A DNA stretch of 61,324 nucleotides, filler included, from Fonticula-like sp. SCN 57-25 (lineage: Eukaryota), in the NCBI GenBank assembly GCA_001724245.1. It is 11 parts of 11 records of this genome, joined end to end, with 100 filler letters (N's around TTAATTAATTAA, not from the genome) between each part and the next. Parts side by side here need not be neighbours in the genome. Positions count along the whole stretch, not along the records: positions 1 to 5,439 come from MEDX01000573.1; positions 5,540 to 10,978 come from MEDX01000574.1; positions 11,079 to 16,513 come from MEDX01000575.1; 8 more parts are not named here. One strand, 5' to 3'. The notes under the pieces were generated by a model that had not been told where the DNA came from, did no database searches, and saw only the letters and a program-made list of their open reading frames with translations. The translations under genes were made by a program, and so were the position numbers. Shown in pieces: positions 1 through 13,911 of this stretch. Within the stretch, counting starts at the first letter, position 1; each line of letters opens with the position of its first letter.

Positions 1-1738
<1,738 letters not shown>

Positions 1739-1796
1739 TCGCGTCGAGCACCAGGCGGCTGCACAGGAATTGTGGCCACGTGGATTAATTCGTCGT

Positions 1797-1809
1797 TGAT
1801 GAGTCATCA
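1797..1809. promoter_or_regulatory. AP-1/Gcn4-type bZIP site in a ~140-bp divergent promoter
   Basis: Pseudo-palindrome TGATGAGTCATCA contains the ATGASTCAT consensus, between the kinase ATG (1738, -) and hydrolase ATG (1877, +). Confidence 0.3.
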
Positions 1810-1876
1810 GAATTGGTCATCCTCAAAGTCACGCATCGCGTCACGCATCTGCGCGGGCCGCCATTGATCGCTGAGG

Positions 1877-3445
1877 ATGCTGTCGCCTGTGGTGCTCAAG
1901 GTGGGCGCGCTTACGCTGTGCGGCCTAAAGTCCGCCGCGACTGTTCCCGCGCGCAGGACGATCCTCTTTTCGCACGCGACGGGCTTTTGCAAGGAAGTGT
2001 TTATTCCGATTGTCAACCAGCTGCGGCGGCAGGGCGTGGAGGATGCGGATCTGTTCATGTTTGACGTGCGCTCGCACGGCGACAGCGGTGTGGCAAACGA
2101 CGCCATCCTTGCGCCCAACAGTACGCGCCGATGCCATCCTAAAGAGTGCGCGCTGACGCTGCATGTGTGCCTAGCGGGGAACAACTGGTGGGATATTGGA
2201 TCCGATCTGATGTCCATCGCGACAACGCTAAAGCAGGGAAAGGGACCGGACCATGAACTCTATGGAGTTGGCCACTCGGGCAGCGGCACAGCAATGTACG
2301 ACATCTTCTATGGGCGGGGATCGTTAGATGTGTGGCACGATCTTTGTTCTGGATCTTGAAGATCATTGACCACGCTGTGATACATTCTATATTACATTGA
2401 CACGTGTATTGTGTGTTTTTCGTGTTTTTTGTGAATATTTTTCCGTGTTTTTCATGTCTTTTGTGTATATTTTTCCATGTTTTCCGCGCTAATTCTTCGC
2501 ACAGCCTGATGGCCGAGCGCCTCCAACCCGGTCTCTTCTCCAAGCTCATCGTCGCCGAGCCCATCCTCTACACTCGGCCAATGTCAGAGGCCGAGTCGGC
2601 GGGGTACTCAAACGTCCTCGCTGAGGGTGCGGCAAAGCGGCGCGCCTCTTTTTTGTCCCGCGAGGCGGTCTACGAGTCGTTCAAGAAGCGCCCGCTCTTT
2701 GCGACGTGGTCAGACGAGACGCTCCGGCTATACATTGTGCGCAGCCCTCTTTTGTTGGTCATATATATTGTGCCTTTGTTGCATTTTATTTGTTATTTTA
2801 AGTGTGTTTTTATCGTTCATTGAGCTTTTGATATTGCTTATTTTATATCAATTTTGCCTTTTAATGCTATTTTCTTACTTGGCATAATAGAAGCATGGCC
2901 TGCGCGACATGACCGAAGCTGAGCGCGCTGCGCTGCCGCCGGGCGACAATTCGACAGTCACACTAAAGTGCCGCCCCCTTCTCGAAATGGTACGCAATTT
3001 ATTCTTATTACTCGAGCACTGACAAGGTCGACAGGCGATGTACAATGGCGGCCCGGGGACGGTGACGATGCGCGAGCAGCTTGACAAGGTCAGTGTGCCG
3101 ACATTGGTCGTTTACGGCGCAGATACGACCACTTTGTACGCAATTTTGCCTTGTTTTTTCTTGCCACTTTTGTCGTATTCGCATGCTGAATATTGACTAT
3201 TGCGGTATCCTTTTCTCGATCTAGTGATGACGACTATTTTGAAGAGGTGGCGGCGTTGATCCCGCGCGGCTCGCTGCTCAAAATGAACGGCTGCGGCCAC
3301 CTGATGATCATGGAGAACCCCGCTGCCTTTGGTGCGCTTTGATGCCGATGCTTAATAAGATGTCCTGTGCTTACCACTGATGATGTCAGCGACGGCCGTC
3401 ATTGACTACTTTGCGCTGCCGACAAGGGCATCGCCGCGCCTTTAA
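1877..3445 (+). CDS. Alpha/beta-hydrolase (Abhydrolase_6/Lpx1-like), multi-exon, possibly peroxisomal
   Basis: Motifs ILFSHATGF, FDVRSHGDS, nucleophile elbow GVGHSGSG and GCGHLMIMENP. The C-terminus SPRL* resembles a PTS1. Confidence 0.75.
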
Positions 3446-4102
3446 ACAAGCCTGTTTTTGATACGATTTTCGGTATTGATTTATCATTACAATAAAGTAT
3501 ATTGATTACAATTGGACTATCTTTTGATATGAAATACAATACATGTGCCCCATTTTGCCTGCATTTGCTTATCGCCCTTATCGCTGCCGAGCCCGCGCAA
3601 ACATGCGCAAAATCACCCCCAACTCCGCCCCGGACTTGGGATCGACCAATCGTCATTCAGGCATCCCCTCTTTTATCTTTCTTTGGAAATCAGGCTGACC
3701 AATCACATTCGAGTCGTCGTGTGGACCTCGTGAAGACCAAGGACAAGGGAGCGGCAGCGGGCACCTTTCCCATCAGGACTGCCGCTTTGCTTGCTCGACC
3801 AAAGGCCGCGCGGCGAACGGTAAGCGGCGTGTTTTGTGGAAGAGTAAGCTGACTTTTTTTTGCTAGATTATTGGACTAGAAACTAGAAAGCAGAGTTGGG
3901 TTTTCCACGACTGCATTTCGCACTGAAGCTCGGTCCTTTTTCGCGGGGATCCTTTGCTTCTATTGAGTTGTAACGCGCGGCTTTTCCAGCGTCTCGTTAC
4001 ACTTTTGCCTCTTCTTGGCTATTTGCGTGCGGTGCTCTTTTCAGCGGTCACCCTACTGCCAATAGCCAAACTGCTCGGAATCGCGTGGCACCTTTTCGGA
4101 TA

Positions 4103-4264
4103 ATGCAAACTGCGCCCATCTGGGACCCGCCTACTGCTCTGATCAACACGCGTCAGATTTACTTTGGGTTTGCTCACACTCCTGTACGTCCCCTTTTCCT
4201 CGCTTGCGCGCGCTCTTTCCGGCATGCTGACGTGGCCGCTTAGATTCTGGGTGACGGGGGCTAA
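4103..4264 (+). other. Putative spliced uORF (33 aa) upstream of the PRL phosphatase
   Basis: ATG at 4103; intron 4184-4243 (GTACGT..GCTGAC..TAG); TAA at 4262-4264. A second leader intron candidate lies at 3820-3866 (GTAAGC..GCTGAC..CTAG). Confidence 0.3.
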
Positions 4265-4455
4265 GGGCACTTATAAGTCGTTTTCTCGCCCGAAAGGCAC
4301 ATAGAACTCGGCACACGCGTGTCAATTTTATATTAAATTTCATTTCCTTCTTTGCTTTTTCATCTTTTGCTGCTTTCCTCAAGAAAGCATATTTAAAAGG
4401 AGCCGTACGCGCATCCTTTTTCCCTTTTTTCCATCTCGTCAATCCGCGCGACGCC

Positions 4456-5210
4456 ATGGCTGTCCAGACCCCATCTGTGCAGCAGCTCCCCGCTGTCTCT
4501 GGCAGCGCCTCCTTCCAGTCACTCCGCGGCTCCTCTCTTGCCGTCTCGAGCTCGAGCGGCAGCCGCCTTTCCCTCGGCGAGCGCATCTCGCACCTCAACT
4601 ATGAAGGCATGCGCTACCTGATCACCGACTGCCCAACCGAGGCCAACGCCGGCGCCTACGTCGACGTACGCACAATTATATAGCTTTATTGGATGTATGT
4701 GACGCTTATTGTTGCTTAAAGGAACTTGTAAAGAGCAATGTGAAGCACTTGGTGCGCCTCTGCGAGGTCAACTACCGCACCGAGCCCTTTGTCGCCGCCG
4801 GCATCCGCGTCCACGTGCGCACTTTTTTCCCTTTTTTAAGTACAAAATGTACTAAAATGTACTAAAATGTAATATTTTTTCAGGATTTGCCGTTCAGAGA
4901 CGGCGCTCCGCCACCGGAAGGCGTTGTCAAAAAGTGGCTCGCGATCGTCGACGAGTACATGGGCAGCGAGAACCCCGAGAGCGCCACAATTGCCGTGCAT
5001 TGCGTCGCCGGGCTCGGCCGCGCGCCCGTCATGGTCGCGATCGCGCTCATTGAGCAGGGCATGAAGCCGCTCGACGCCATTGAGTTCATTAGAAAGCACC
5101 GCCGCAACGCGTTCAATAGCAGGCAGATTGAGTTTGTGGACGAGTACAAGCGGAGGCCAAAGATGAATACGTTTAGAAAGGGACTTTCAAAGATGTTTTC
5201 AAAGAAATAA
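4456..5210 (+). CDS. PTP4A: PRL-type protein tyrosine phosphatase (PTP4A family), 3 exons
   Basis: YLITDCPT, PFRDGAPPP and the active site VHCVAGLGRAPV, then RRNAFNSRQ; two GT-AG introns. Confidence 0.9.
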
Positions 5211-5439
5211 GCCATGAAATACTGCTTTAATGCAACTGCAATACTATCTATTATTCTACTAATGCTGATTTCCCAACATCATTCGCCTCTTTCTGGTGCT
5301 TTTCTATTCTATTATTTTTACTCTGATGCCGCGCGCCCCTTTGATTGGGGTTCGCGGCCAATGCTTTATGTGTAGTGAGCGATGCCGTGAGAGTACATGC
5401 ATTCCTAGTTTGTTATAATAAAAGAGTCCGCATCAACGT

Positions 5440-5539
5440 NNNNNNNNNNNNNNNNNNNNNNNNNNNNNNNNNNNNNNNNNNNNTTAATTAATTAANNNNN
5501 NNNNNNNNNNNNNNNNNNNNNNNNNNNNNNNNNNNNNNN
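5440..5539. other. Artificial contig-joining spacer (first of ten)
   Basis: N-run + TTAATTAATTAA (stops in six frames) + N-run. Identical spacers at 10979-11078, 16514-16613, 22037-22136, 27558-27657, 33078-33177, 38600-38699, 44106-44205, 49602-49701 and 55085-55184. Confidence 0.98.
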
Positions 5540-6654
5540 GCAGAGTCGGAAGAGTGGCGCTCGCGGGTGACGTCGGGGGAGATATGGCGGACAGTCAGGC
5601 AGGGGAGGAACTCGACACACTCCTTGTTGGCAATCCGAAGGCAAATGTCACTGCAGAAGTAGAAAAGAGAGATAGAAATCGACAGACAGGACGGCAAAGA
5701 GCAAAAAGACACAAAAAACGCGTTTAAATATTAGAAATGGTTCAAGAAATTCGTTATGCGCACTCGTAGAAAAAGTGCTCGCCAAAGGACGACCCGAGGA
5801 AAAAGTCCATCGCGTCGCGCTCGTTCTGGTTCGGCTGCATGCGGTGATGGATGAACGTGAGGTTCCGCTCGAGCGACGTCGCGTACGCGGCCATCCTATC
5901 GTCCATTCGGTCAGCATGCGCGCCACAGCACTGCCGCGGCGTACCAGTTGGCAACGTAGTGGCCGATGCGCGCGCCGACGTTGGGCACTACCGCGAGGTA
6001 CTGGCGGCACCCGCCGCAATAATACCGCTCAAGCTCGTCCATGGTCGCTGGGTCAGGGAAGCCGCGCGCGCTCGCCTTGTACAGCGGGTACGGGTCCGTC
6101 GACACGATCAGCGAGCGCAGATCCTGGCCGCCTGAGGAAAAATAGTTACGAAAATGCGCTTAACTAGAGGGAAAGAGAGGCAATGGCGAGCGCGTACGGG
6201 CGGGCGGGTATGTCTCTCCAAGCGGCGTCTCTTCCATTATTCGCATTGCTTCTGGGATGTGGCGCCGCTGCGGCTCATAGTCGGGCAGCAGATCGTCATC
6301 AAACACGTCAAAGTTGCCCGGTTCGGACGATGGCGATCCCTTTGGCGATGCCGCGGCATTGCCCTGGGCGGACGGCGCGGCCGTCGCCTGCTTCTCCGGC
6401 GCAATGGTAACGTGCTTGTCGTCCGGGCTGACGGTGAGGGCCTGGCGCATCGATCCCACTTGTTCGTCGAGGATGCGCGTCGGTGCCTTGGTTGTCCGCC
6501 AGGCAGAGGGCTTGATGACCGACTTCCAGTCTTGGCTCAGCGTCATTGTCGGCGTCGGCAGGTCGTCGCCGCGCAACTGGAGCAGGCTCATGTTGAAGAG
6601 CAGCATGAACGTGGCGGTCGCGCAGACCGCCAAAAAGAACGATCGTAGCCTCAT
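5540..6654 (-). CDS. Type II membrane protein, possibly a Golgi glycosyltransferase-like protein; truncated at contig edge
   Basis: N-terminal signal-anchor MRLRSFFLAVCATATFMLLFNMSLL, a Pro/Ser/Thr-rich stem, then a globular region across GT-AG introns. No diagnostic motif recognised. Confidence 0.45.
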
Positions 6655-7146
6655 GGGAACGTTGCTGCCGACCAGCGGCCGGTCACAGGAACAAGACGGC
6701 ATCGGTTTTTCGCTGGTTCCTGGCAAAACACGCTGCAAGGAGGCGGACTGGGGAACACTCCGCTCCACCACGAGTGCGTGAGGAGTGGCCAGCCGCCCCA
6801 CCCCACCACCCGCGTGAAGAAAGACTATTCACTTCATCGCGGTGACGCTTCTCAGACAGGGGCAAGTTGCAAGCATCCATCCTATTGACTTGAGGGGCAG
6901 CTATTGCCGTTCGACTTGCCCGCTCTTCAAGGAGTTGCCCGCCAAGTGGTTACCGCGATCACCCTTTGGCCGAGCGCGTTTGCACCATCTAAAGGGGGTA
7001 GGAGGCGCGCGCTTGCTGGCGAGGACGGCCGTAAATGTCCGCGCCAAAGGGCCCTTTTGAGCGGTTCCGCCAGTGGACGCAGGGATCCACCCCAGCGTCA
7101 TCGACCGCGGCGGGACGCGCTGCGGGAGCCCGATCAGCCGACGAGC

Positions 7147-10100
7147 ATGTCGACCGAAGCAGAGTACGTTCCTGGTACACTTTTTATATTTTGTGTTTCT
7201 GACGCACGGGGAACGCGCAGGAGATATTACAGGAGCTGGACGCGTCGGTGCCGCTCGCCACGCGGATCAAGCTCGTAAGGGAGCTCGCCGAAGTGGTCAA
7301 GGTCTACCGGCTCCAGGAGATTGGTAGCATATGGGCGGCCGTGGCGTCCATCGCCGTCGACGCGGGACCGCTCGGCTCGGAGGCGCGAGTTGCCGTTTTT
7401 ACATTTGTCTTGGAGCTTTTAGAGGGGCAGCTGGACACGGTGCGATTTTATTTTGTGTTTCGCGCGCACTAACAGGATCCCCTGATGCAGCTCCCCGAGA
7501 TCGTCCTTATGGACATGGCCGCCATGGCGTGCAACGGCGCGTCACTTGACGAACTTTTGTTGCGCACCAAAGTGCGTCGCTGACCATCCCCCCTCTGCGA
7601 TGCTAACTGTATCCGCAGGTTCTTCAGCGTCTCACCAAGGACGGCCGCGACATGCTGGTCGGCGGCCGCTCACTTCCGACGACGCTTCTCTCGTGGCTCT
7701 GGCTGCTCGTCCACGTCGACGTCGCCAAGCGCCGCGCGATGCATGCCGAAGTGAAGGCGGTCACCGAGCTGCTCACAAACCTCGTAAAGTCTAACTTTTA
7801 CGCGTTTGAGGTCGGCCAGGTGGAAGGAATGATTTCCGCCTTTGCCGCGCTGTGTGTGCGGCCGTCGTCGCACGCCGACATTGCGTCCGCGCTTTCCTTT
7901 ATGGACACGCTCGTGCGCTACGGGTCCGTTCCGACAGGCAGCCTGCCCGTCTTCGTCCAGTCGCTCTGCCGCGCCGTCAACCATGAGCGGTACAAACACC
8001 TGTTCCCTTATTTTTGTTCTGACGGATATCATTGCAGACACTGCCAGGATGCGTACAACATTGCCAAGCACTTGCTGAACGGTCAGCTCGCCTTTATGAC
8101 GATGCGCGTGCTGTGCGAGACGCTCGAGGACCCCGACAACCGCGCTGTCACCGGTCTCCTGCGCGGCGCCGTGTTCCTCATGGGTGCGCGCGCCACATGG
8201 TCATGTGTCTTTGCTAACGGATAACAAAAGGAATGGCGTCATGGGGCTCCCAGCGCGTCTCGCGCAACCTTTCCTTTGCCGCGCTTTTGCCGTCGCTTCT
8301 GCAGGCGGCGCAGTGGCACGTCCAGGCGGTCGACCACGAGCTCGTGCTCTCGCTGAGCCGCCTTGTGAACAAGTATGGCCGCGAGCTGAGCGCCGTCGAA
8401 TGGGACGTTGTTCTTGACCTGCTCTCCGCGCTGCGCTCGTACCTCGGGTCAGCGCACACGGATGACGGCAGCGGGCTCGAGGCAGCCGCCGACACGCTTG
8501 CGACGACGCCTGCTGCAGCGCTGCCGCAGGCCGCCCAGTCGCCTTTGACCGCCGCGCCGGCCATTGCGACGTCGCCCACGGCGGCATCCTCGCCGACCAC
8601 CGCCATGCATACCGGCGCGCCGTCGCTTGAAAAGGGCACGCACGCGATGCCAATTGGGCAGGTGTACGAGGGAATCCTGCTGCGCATCGAAGAGTTGATT
8701 GGCACGGACCAGTTTGCGGGCTCGCCCGGTCAGTTCTTTGATATCCTCGAGATGATGCGGCTGCGGTTGCCCGAGCCACTCGTGCTGCACCTGCTCAACA
8801 GGCGCATCGACGCGATACACCCAGGGCTTCCGACGTGGATCGAGGACGTCGAAGACCTTGTCGTCGCTTTTTACAAGGGCAATGGTGCGCATATCGTATG
8901 GTTTCCCGCTCGTTTTAGTAACATTTTGCTTAGAGCGCCCACGCGTGCGCCTCCGCGTGCTCTCTGCGCTGCAGAGTATTTTTGCGTCGACGCGCGAGAT
9001 CCACGCCGAGCCATTCATCGAGCACGTTATCATTGGCTGCCTTTCGCCGATGCTCATTTCTCCCTTGCCACGTGCACGCGCCGCGACGCTCATTGCCGCC
9101 GGCGACACGTCAAGGCCGCCGCTGACGCCCGACGCCGAAGTCGGCGCCGCTGCCGAGCAGAGCGTCGCCGACTCTGACGTTGACTTTGTCGCGCTGCAGC
9201 TCGTGATTGGCGTGACGACGCACTGCACGGATGCGGCGCTCTTTCAGCAGCTCATCGACATTCTCGTACAGTGCATCGACCACAGCAACCCCGAGACGTC
9301 GCGCGGCGCCGTCGAAGGTCTCATCACAGTCTTCAAGGCGGCGCTGTTCATGTCGGCGCCCGGTCTCGCTCGCCTCGTGTTTGCTCAAATCATGCGCTAC
9401 GTTGGCGTTGCTTCTGTCTCAGCGACTGCGCGGCTCGAGCTGCTGCGCTGCCTCCTGATGCTGCGCGCGGACGCGAGCGGGCGCCTCTACTTTTTCAGCA
9501 ATGGCAGTGCGGCGCAGGCGCGGCGAACTGAAGACGCGACGGCGCGCAGCCACTTTGTCATGTGTGCCGGCATGCCGTCGGCGACGGACGAGTCGCTGCT
9601 GCCCGTGCCGCAGTACCTCGCTCTGCTGGCCAAGCTGCTGCCGTCGCCGCCGTCGCCCGGCACACCCACTGCGCCCGCGCCCCCTGCGCCGTTCGCCATG
9701 GTGTTGCTCCTCCTGCAGCAGCTTCCCGCACAGATCAGCGACAAGGTACTTTTTGGCGGGTGCGACGCCGAGGTGCGCGACTTTGTCGGCGCGCTCTGCA
9801 AGGCCATCGACGGCAACGCGCTCGTCGACAAGTCTGAAGGCGCGCAGCAGACCGGCTCGGCCGCAAAGGTACGTGCAAGACAATTGAAGGATTTTTTCTG
9901 ATGAACACCCTTAGGTTGATACGTATGCGCATGCGTTCCAGCTGTTGTCGGTGATGGTTGGTTACAAGCAGCACCTGCTCAAATCGCAGCAGGACGAGAT
10001 GGTAAAGTGCTTTGAGCAGGGACTGTCGCGGTGGCACAGCACAGCAAAAATTTGCATCCACGCGCTCACCATATGCAGCCTCGAAATCCCTTCGTCCGTA

Positions 10101-10978
10101 CGCAAGATGCTGCCATCAATTCTCGCAAAGTTTGCGCAGATTTCGTCGAATCACGCGCTGTCGCTGCACCTGCTCGAGTTCCTCTCGGCGGCAATTCACA
10201 CTCCAGAGCTTTACGTCAACTTTGTTGAAAAGGACTACAAGATCCTCTTTGGGCTCGCGCTGCAGTTCATCGCCGCGCGGCCGCTCAAGGACAAGCCACA
10301 AGTCGCGAAGGCGGTAAAGGAAGGCGCCGCTGCGGCCGGCGACAAGAAAAAGGTCGACACCCCGACGACCGCCACCGCCGCTGCCACGCCAAAGCCCGAG
10401 GACCGCAAGGTGGACCACAGCGCCGCGGTGCTCGCGCGCTACGGCCACGAGCTCGCCTACCGTGTCATGGCCGCGTGGTTCATCGGCCTGCGCTTCCAGG
10501 AGCGGCGGAAATACGTCTCGTTCATCACCAACGGTACTTTTAGGCTGTTTTTGTGCACATTAGCCTCTTTTTTGCTGACATAAACCTCTTATAGGTATTT
10601 TGCACGCGAGCGCGGAAAACCCCGCCGGGATGGACGAGCGCGCCGAAGTCATGTTTGACATTATGGCGCGCCACGCGTACGCCAACCTTCAGAGCAAACC
10701 GACGCGCTCGTTCGTCGCCGAGCAGCTTCTCGCTGACGCAACGACTCGCTCGTGGCTGCACAACTCGTCGGTCGTGTCGCTGTCGGTCGGTCGGAGCGGC
10801 TGGTCCGAGCTGACCATTCGCCGCGCGTCGGGCACCGTCGCGTACCTCACGCGCCTCGAGAACAAGTGCGCTTTTGGTTGTTTATGTTGCGTTGCTGACG
10901 TGGTGATAGGCCGTCGCTGAGCGGAGAGTCGGACACGCTGTCGCTCGCCGCCACGCTCATGATGCACTGGAAGGGCGG
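7147..10978 (+). CDS. TSC2: Tuberin (TSC2) homolog, N-terminal two-thirds, multi-exon; Rap-GAP domain lies beyond the contig end
   Basis: DTLVRYGSVP, LLRGAVF.MGMASWGSQ and the tuberin domain AKICIHALTICSLEIPSSVRKMLPSIL..LEFLS, then SWLHNSSVVSL and GWSELTIRRASG. The exact start codon is uncertain. Confidence 0.85.
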
Positions 10979-11078
10979 NNNNNNNNNNNNNNNNNNNNNN
11001 NNNNNNNNNNNNNNNNNNNNNNTTAATTAATTAANNNNNNNNNNNNNNNNNNNNNNNNNNNNNNNNNNNNNNNNNNNN

Positions 11079-12781
11079 TGTGGGCGCGGCGGGCGTCTTG
11101 GGATTCCATTTGTTTTTCTTGGACCTTGAGGGTTTCGGCGCGGCGCTCTTCAAATTCGTCATAATTGCCCTATTAAAGTGAGAATAGGTTAGGAAAAAAA
11201 AGGTTTTTTGACCAATGAAAAAAGATTTGCCGCCAATTTCGTCGTTTTCGCGCTTTTTTCGGCCTTTTCCCGCCCCTTTTCCAACTTTTTCCCGCCCTTT
11301 TTTTCATTTCCCGCCCATTTCCCGCCCTTTTCGTACCTTGTAACGAGCGAGCTGCTTGTTTTGCAAATGCAAAATATCCGTAACGACATTATTGAGAAAG
11401 TCGCGCGCGTGCGACACGACAATCAACGTCTTTTTCCACTGCTGCAAATAGTCCTCAAGCCACAGCACCGCGTGCAAGTCAAGGTGGTTTGTCGGCTCGT
11501 CCAGCAGCAGCACGTCGGGCGCGATAAAGAGCGCCAAAGCGAGCGAGACGCGCATGCGCCACCCGCCGGAAAACTCTTTTGTCGGCCGCTGCTGATCTTC
11601 GTTGGTGAACCCGAGGCCGCTCAGGATCGCCGCCGCGCGCGCCACCGCCGAGCTCGCGTCGATTTCTTCGAGGCGAGTGTAGATCGAGTTGAGGCGCGCG
11701 CCAGACTCGTCGGTCGGCTCGAGGCCGTTTTTCTGGCGCTCGGCGTCGGCGGCCATGATGGTGCGCTCTTCTTGGAGAAGGGCCTCGCGCTCAATGTCGC
11801 TGTTCAGGACAGTCTGCAAAACTGACACGTCCGTGCCTTGGACTTCCTGCTCGATGTGGAGAATCTGGAGGTGAGCGGGGATGCCGGGGAACTCTTTGGC
11901 GGCAATGTGCTTGAGAAAGGTCGTTTTGCCGACGCCGTTGCGGCCAATGAGGCCAAAGCGGCGGCCGTAAGAGATCGTCACGGTCGCGTCGTCGAGCATG
12001 ATGAGGCCGCCGACGTCCATCGTGACCTTGTCGAGGTAGATGTCGACGGCGCCGCCGGCGACGATCGAGCCGAATTCGCCCTTTTCGTGCAGCACGACGG
12101 GGGCGCGCGTGAGCTTGGCGAGAAGCTGGAAAGATCGTCAGTGGGATGAAACAACATAAAAAGGAAAATGTACCTCATTGCGGTCGCCTGCGGCGGAGCG
12201 CTCGCTCTTGATGCCGCGGCGCTCGTTGCGCTCCTGCTTCTTTTCTGTACGACGGATTAGAATCGGCGCAGCAAAAAGGAGATTCGCGTACCGTTCTTGG
12301 CGCGCGCCTTCATGGCGGCTTCATCGAGGACAGCGTCATCGCCCCACGTCTCGATAAGCTTGTTCGTAAAGGCGTCCATCTTGAGGTTGAGCTCTTGGCG
12401 GATGCGCGCGCTCACATTGTTGTCAAACTCGCGGACCTTTTCGAGGATGATGACGGGCGCGTCCTACACGTACCAGATAAGTATGCGCGCCAATTCACCG
12501 CTCGCCGCGCGTACCAGCAGCTTGGGGCCGTCGCTCTCCGCTTCCTCGTTCTGGCCGGCGACATCACCGTGCACGGCCTTCGCGAGGCGCTTGACGACAA
12601 CGTCCACGTCAGCCTCGGCGACACCCGACTCGACCAGCAGAGGCGCAAGGCCGTCGTGAAGGTCCTCGCCGTTGAGCGACGCGTCGTCCAGGATCTGCGT
12701 CATGTACTCAATAATGGCATCGTCGACGCCCTTGCCGCCGTCCGGCAGCACCGCGCGGATCTTGCTGTCCGAGCCGCTCAT
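11079..12781 (-). CDS. ABC-F family ATPase (GCN20/ABCF3-like), 3'-truncated
   Basis: Walker A GRNGVGKTT, signature FSGGWRMRVSLA, LLLDEPTNHLD and VVSHAR; N-terminal VDDAIIEYM..IL; no transmembrane segments. Confidence 0.9.
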
Positions 12782-12995
12782 GAGATTGCACCTTGTGCAG
12801 GAGCGGAGCAGGCAGCGTGCGGTGTTCGTGTACGTTTCAAACCAACCTGCGTCCGTTTGAAACCGAAAAAAGTCGCGTCTACAGGGCTGCCGCAGGACTG
12901 TACGCGATGGCGGGCTCTGAAACCGCTGAAACCTTCTAATCTAGGCGGGGCTTCCTAATTAGGCAAGTACACTGAAGTGTTTGCTTTGTACCACG

Positions 12996-13762
12996 ATGTC
13001 GTCGATGGCGGTGCACTCTGCAACGGACGCGATGGAGGCGCTCTTTAGCAACTTTGAGGCTGATATGGCGGGCGTGGGCCACGAGAGTGATATTTACGTA
13101 CGCCTTGTGCTTTCCTTTCATCTCTTGTTTTGCCGCTTTGGTCATTGGTTTTGCCAGCGATGCTCACGTGGGTCACTTTGCAGGGGTACTGCCTGCTCTG
13201 CACGCGTCCCGTTCGCGATGGCACGCACATGGCGAGCGACAATGCCGTGTACCACACGTCGTGCTTTTCGTGCACCACGTGCGGCATGCACCTTGTCGGC
13301 CAAGAGTACTTTTGCATCGCCGGGATCCCGTACTGCAAGAATGACTTTGAGGCCAAGGCCTTCCCGCATCGCTGCGGCCAGTGCGGCGACCGCATCAAGG
13401 AGAAGCGCGTCGAGGTCGCCCAGGACGAGTATTTCCACCCCGAGTGCTTTTCGTGCAACGTGTGCAAGTGCGACCTTCTCGGCGAGCGCTTTGCGCGCCA
13501 CGAGGGCCGCTTCTTCTGCGCCGCCGATTATGCGATCGCGCGCGCGCCGACATGCTGCCGCTGCAACGAAAAGGTGATGCCCGTCGACGGCAAGCCGGCC
13601 GCGCTCCAGCTGGCGGGCCGCTCGTACCACAAGGAGTGCTTCAGCTGCGCCGAGTGCGCCACCGTGTTTGAGGACGGCAAGGCGTACCTCGACGGAGCCG
13701 AGGTGTACTGCCGCGACCACATGTCCGCCAGGCTCGCCGCTCAGCGCAAGCAAAAAGAATAG
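12996..13762 (+). CDS. LIM-only protein with three LIM domains (paxillin/leupaxin-like), 2 exons
   Basis: Three CxxC..HxxCFxCxxC..C patterns; ends in TAG at 13760-13762. Confidence 0.88.
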
Positions 13763-13911
13763 ACGCAGGACAGCATGCGCTTTATGTGGCCACATGGCCC
13801 TATATTTCATGAACCATTTAGTGAATGAGTTTTCCCGAGTATTCCACTGTATTTTATATGTTTCTAATTGTCGTTCGTATTACCCCCCCATGTATTTATA
13901 ATATATATTTG

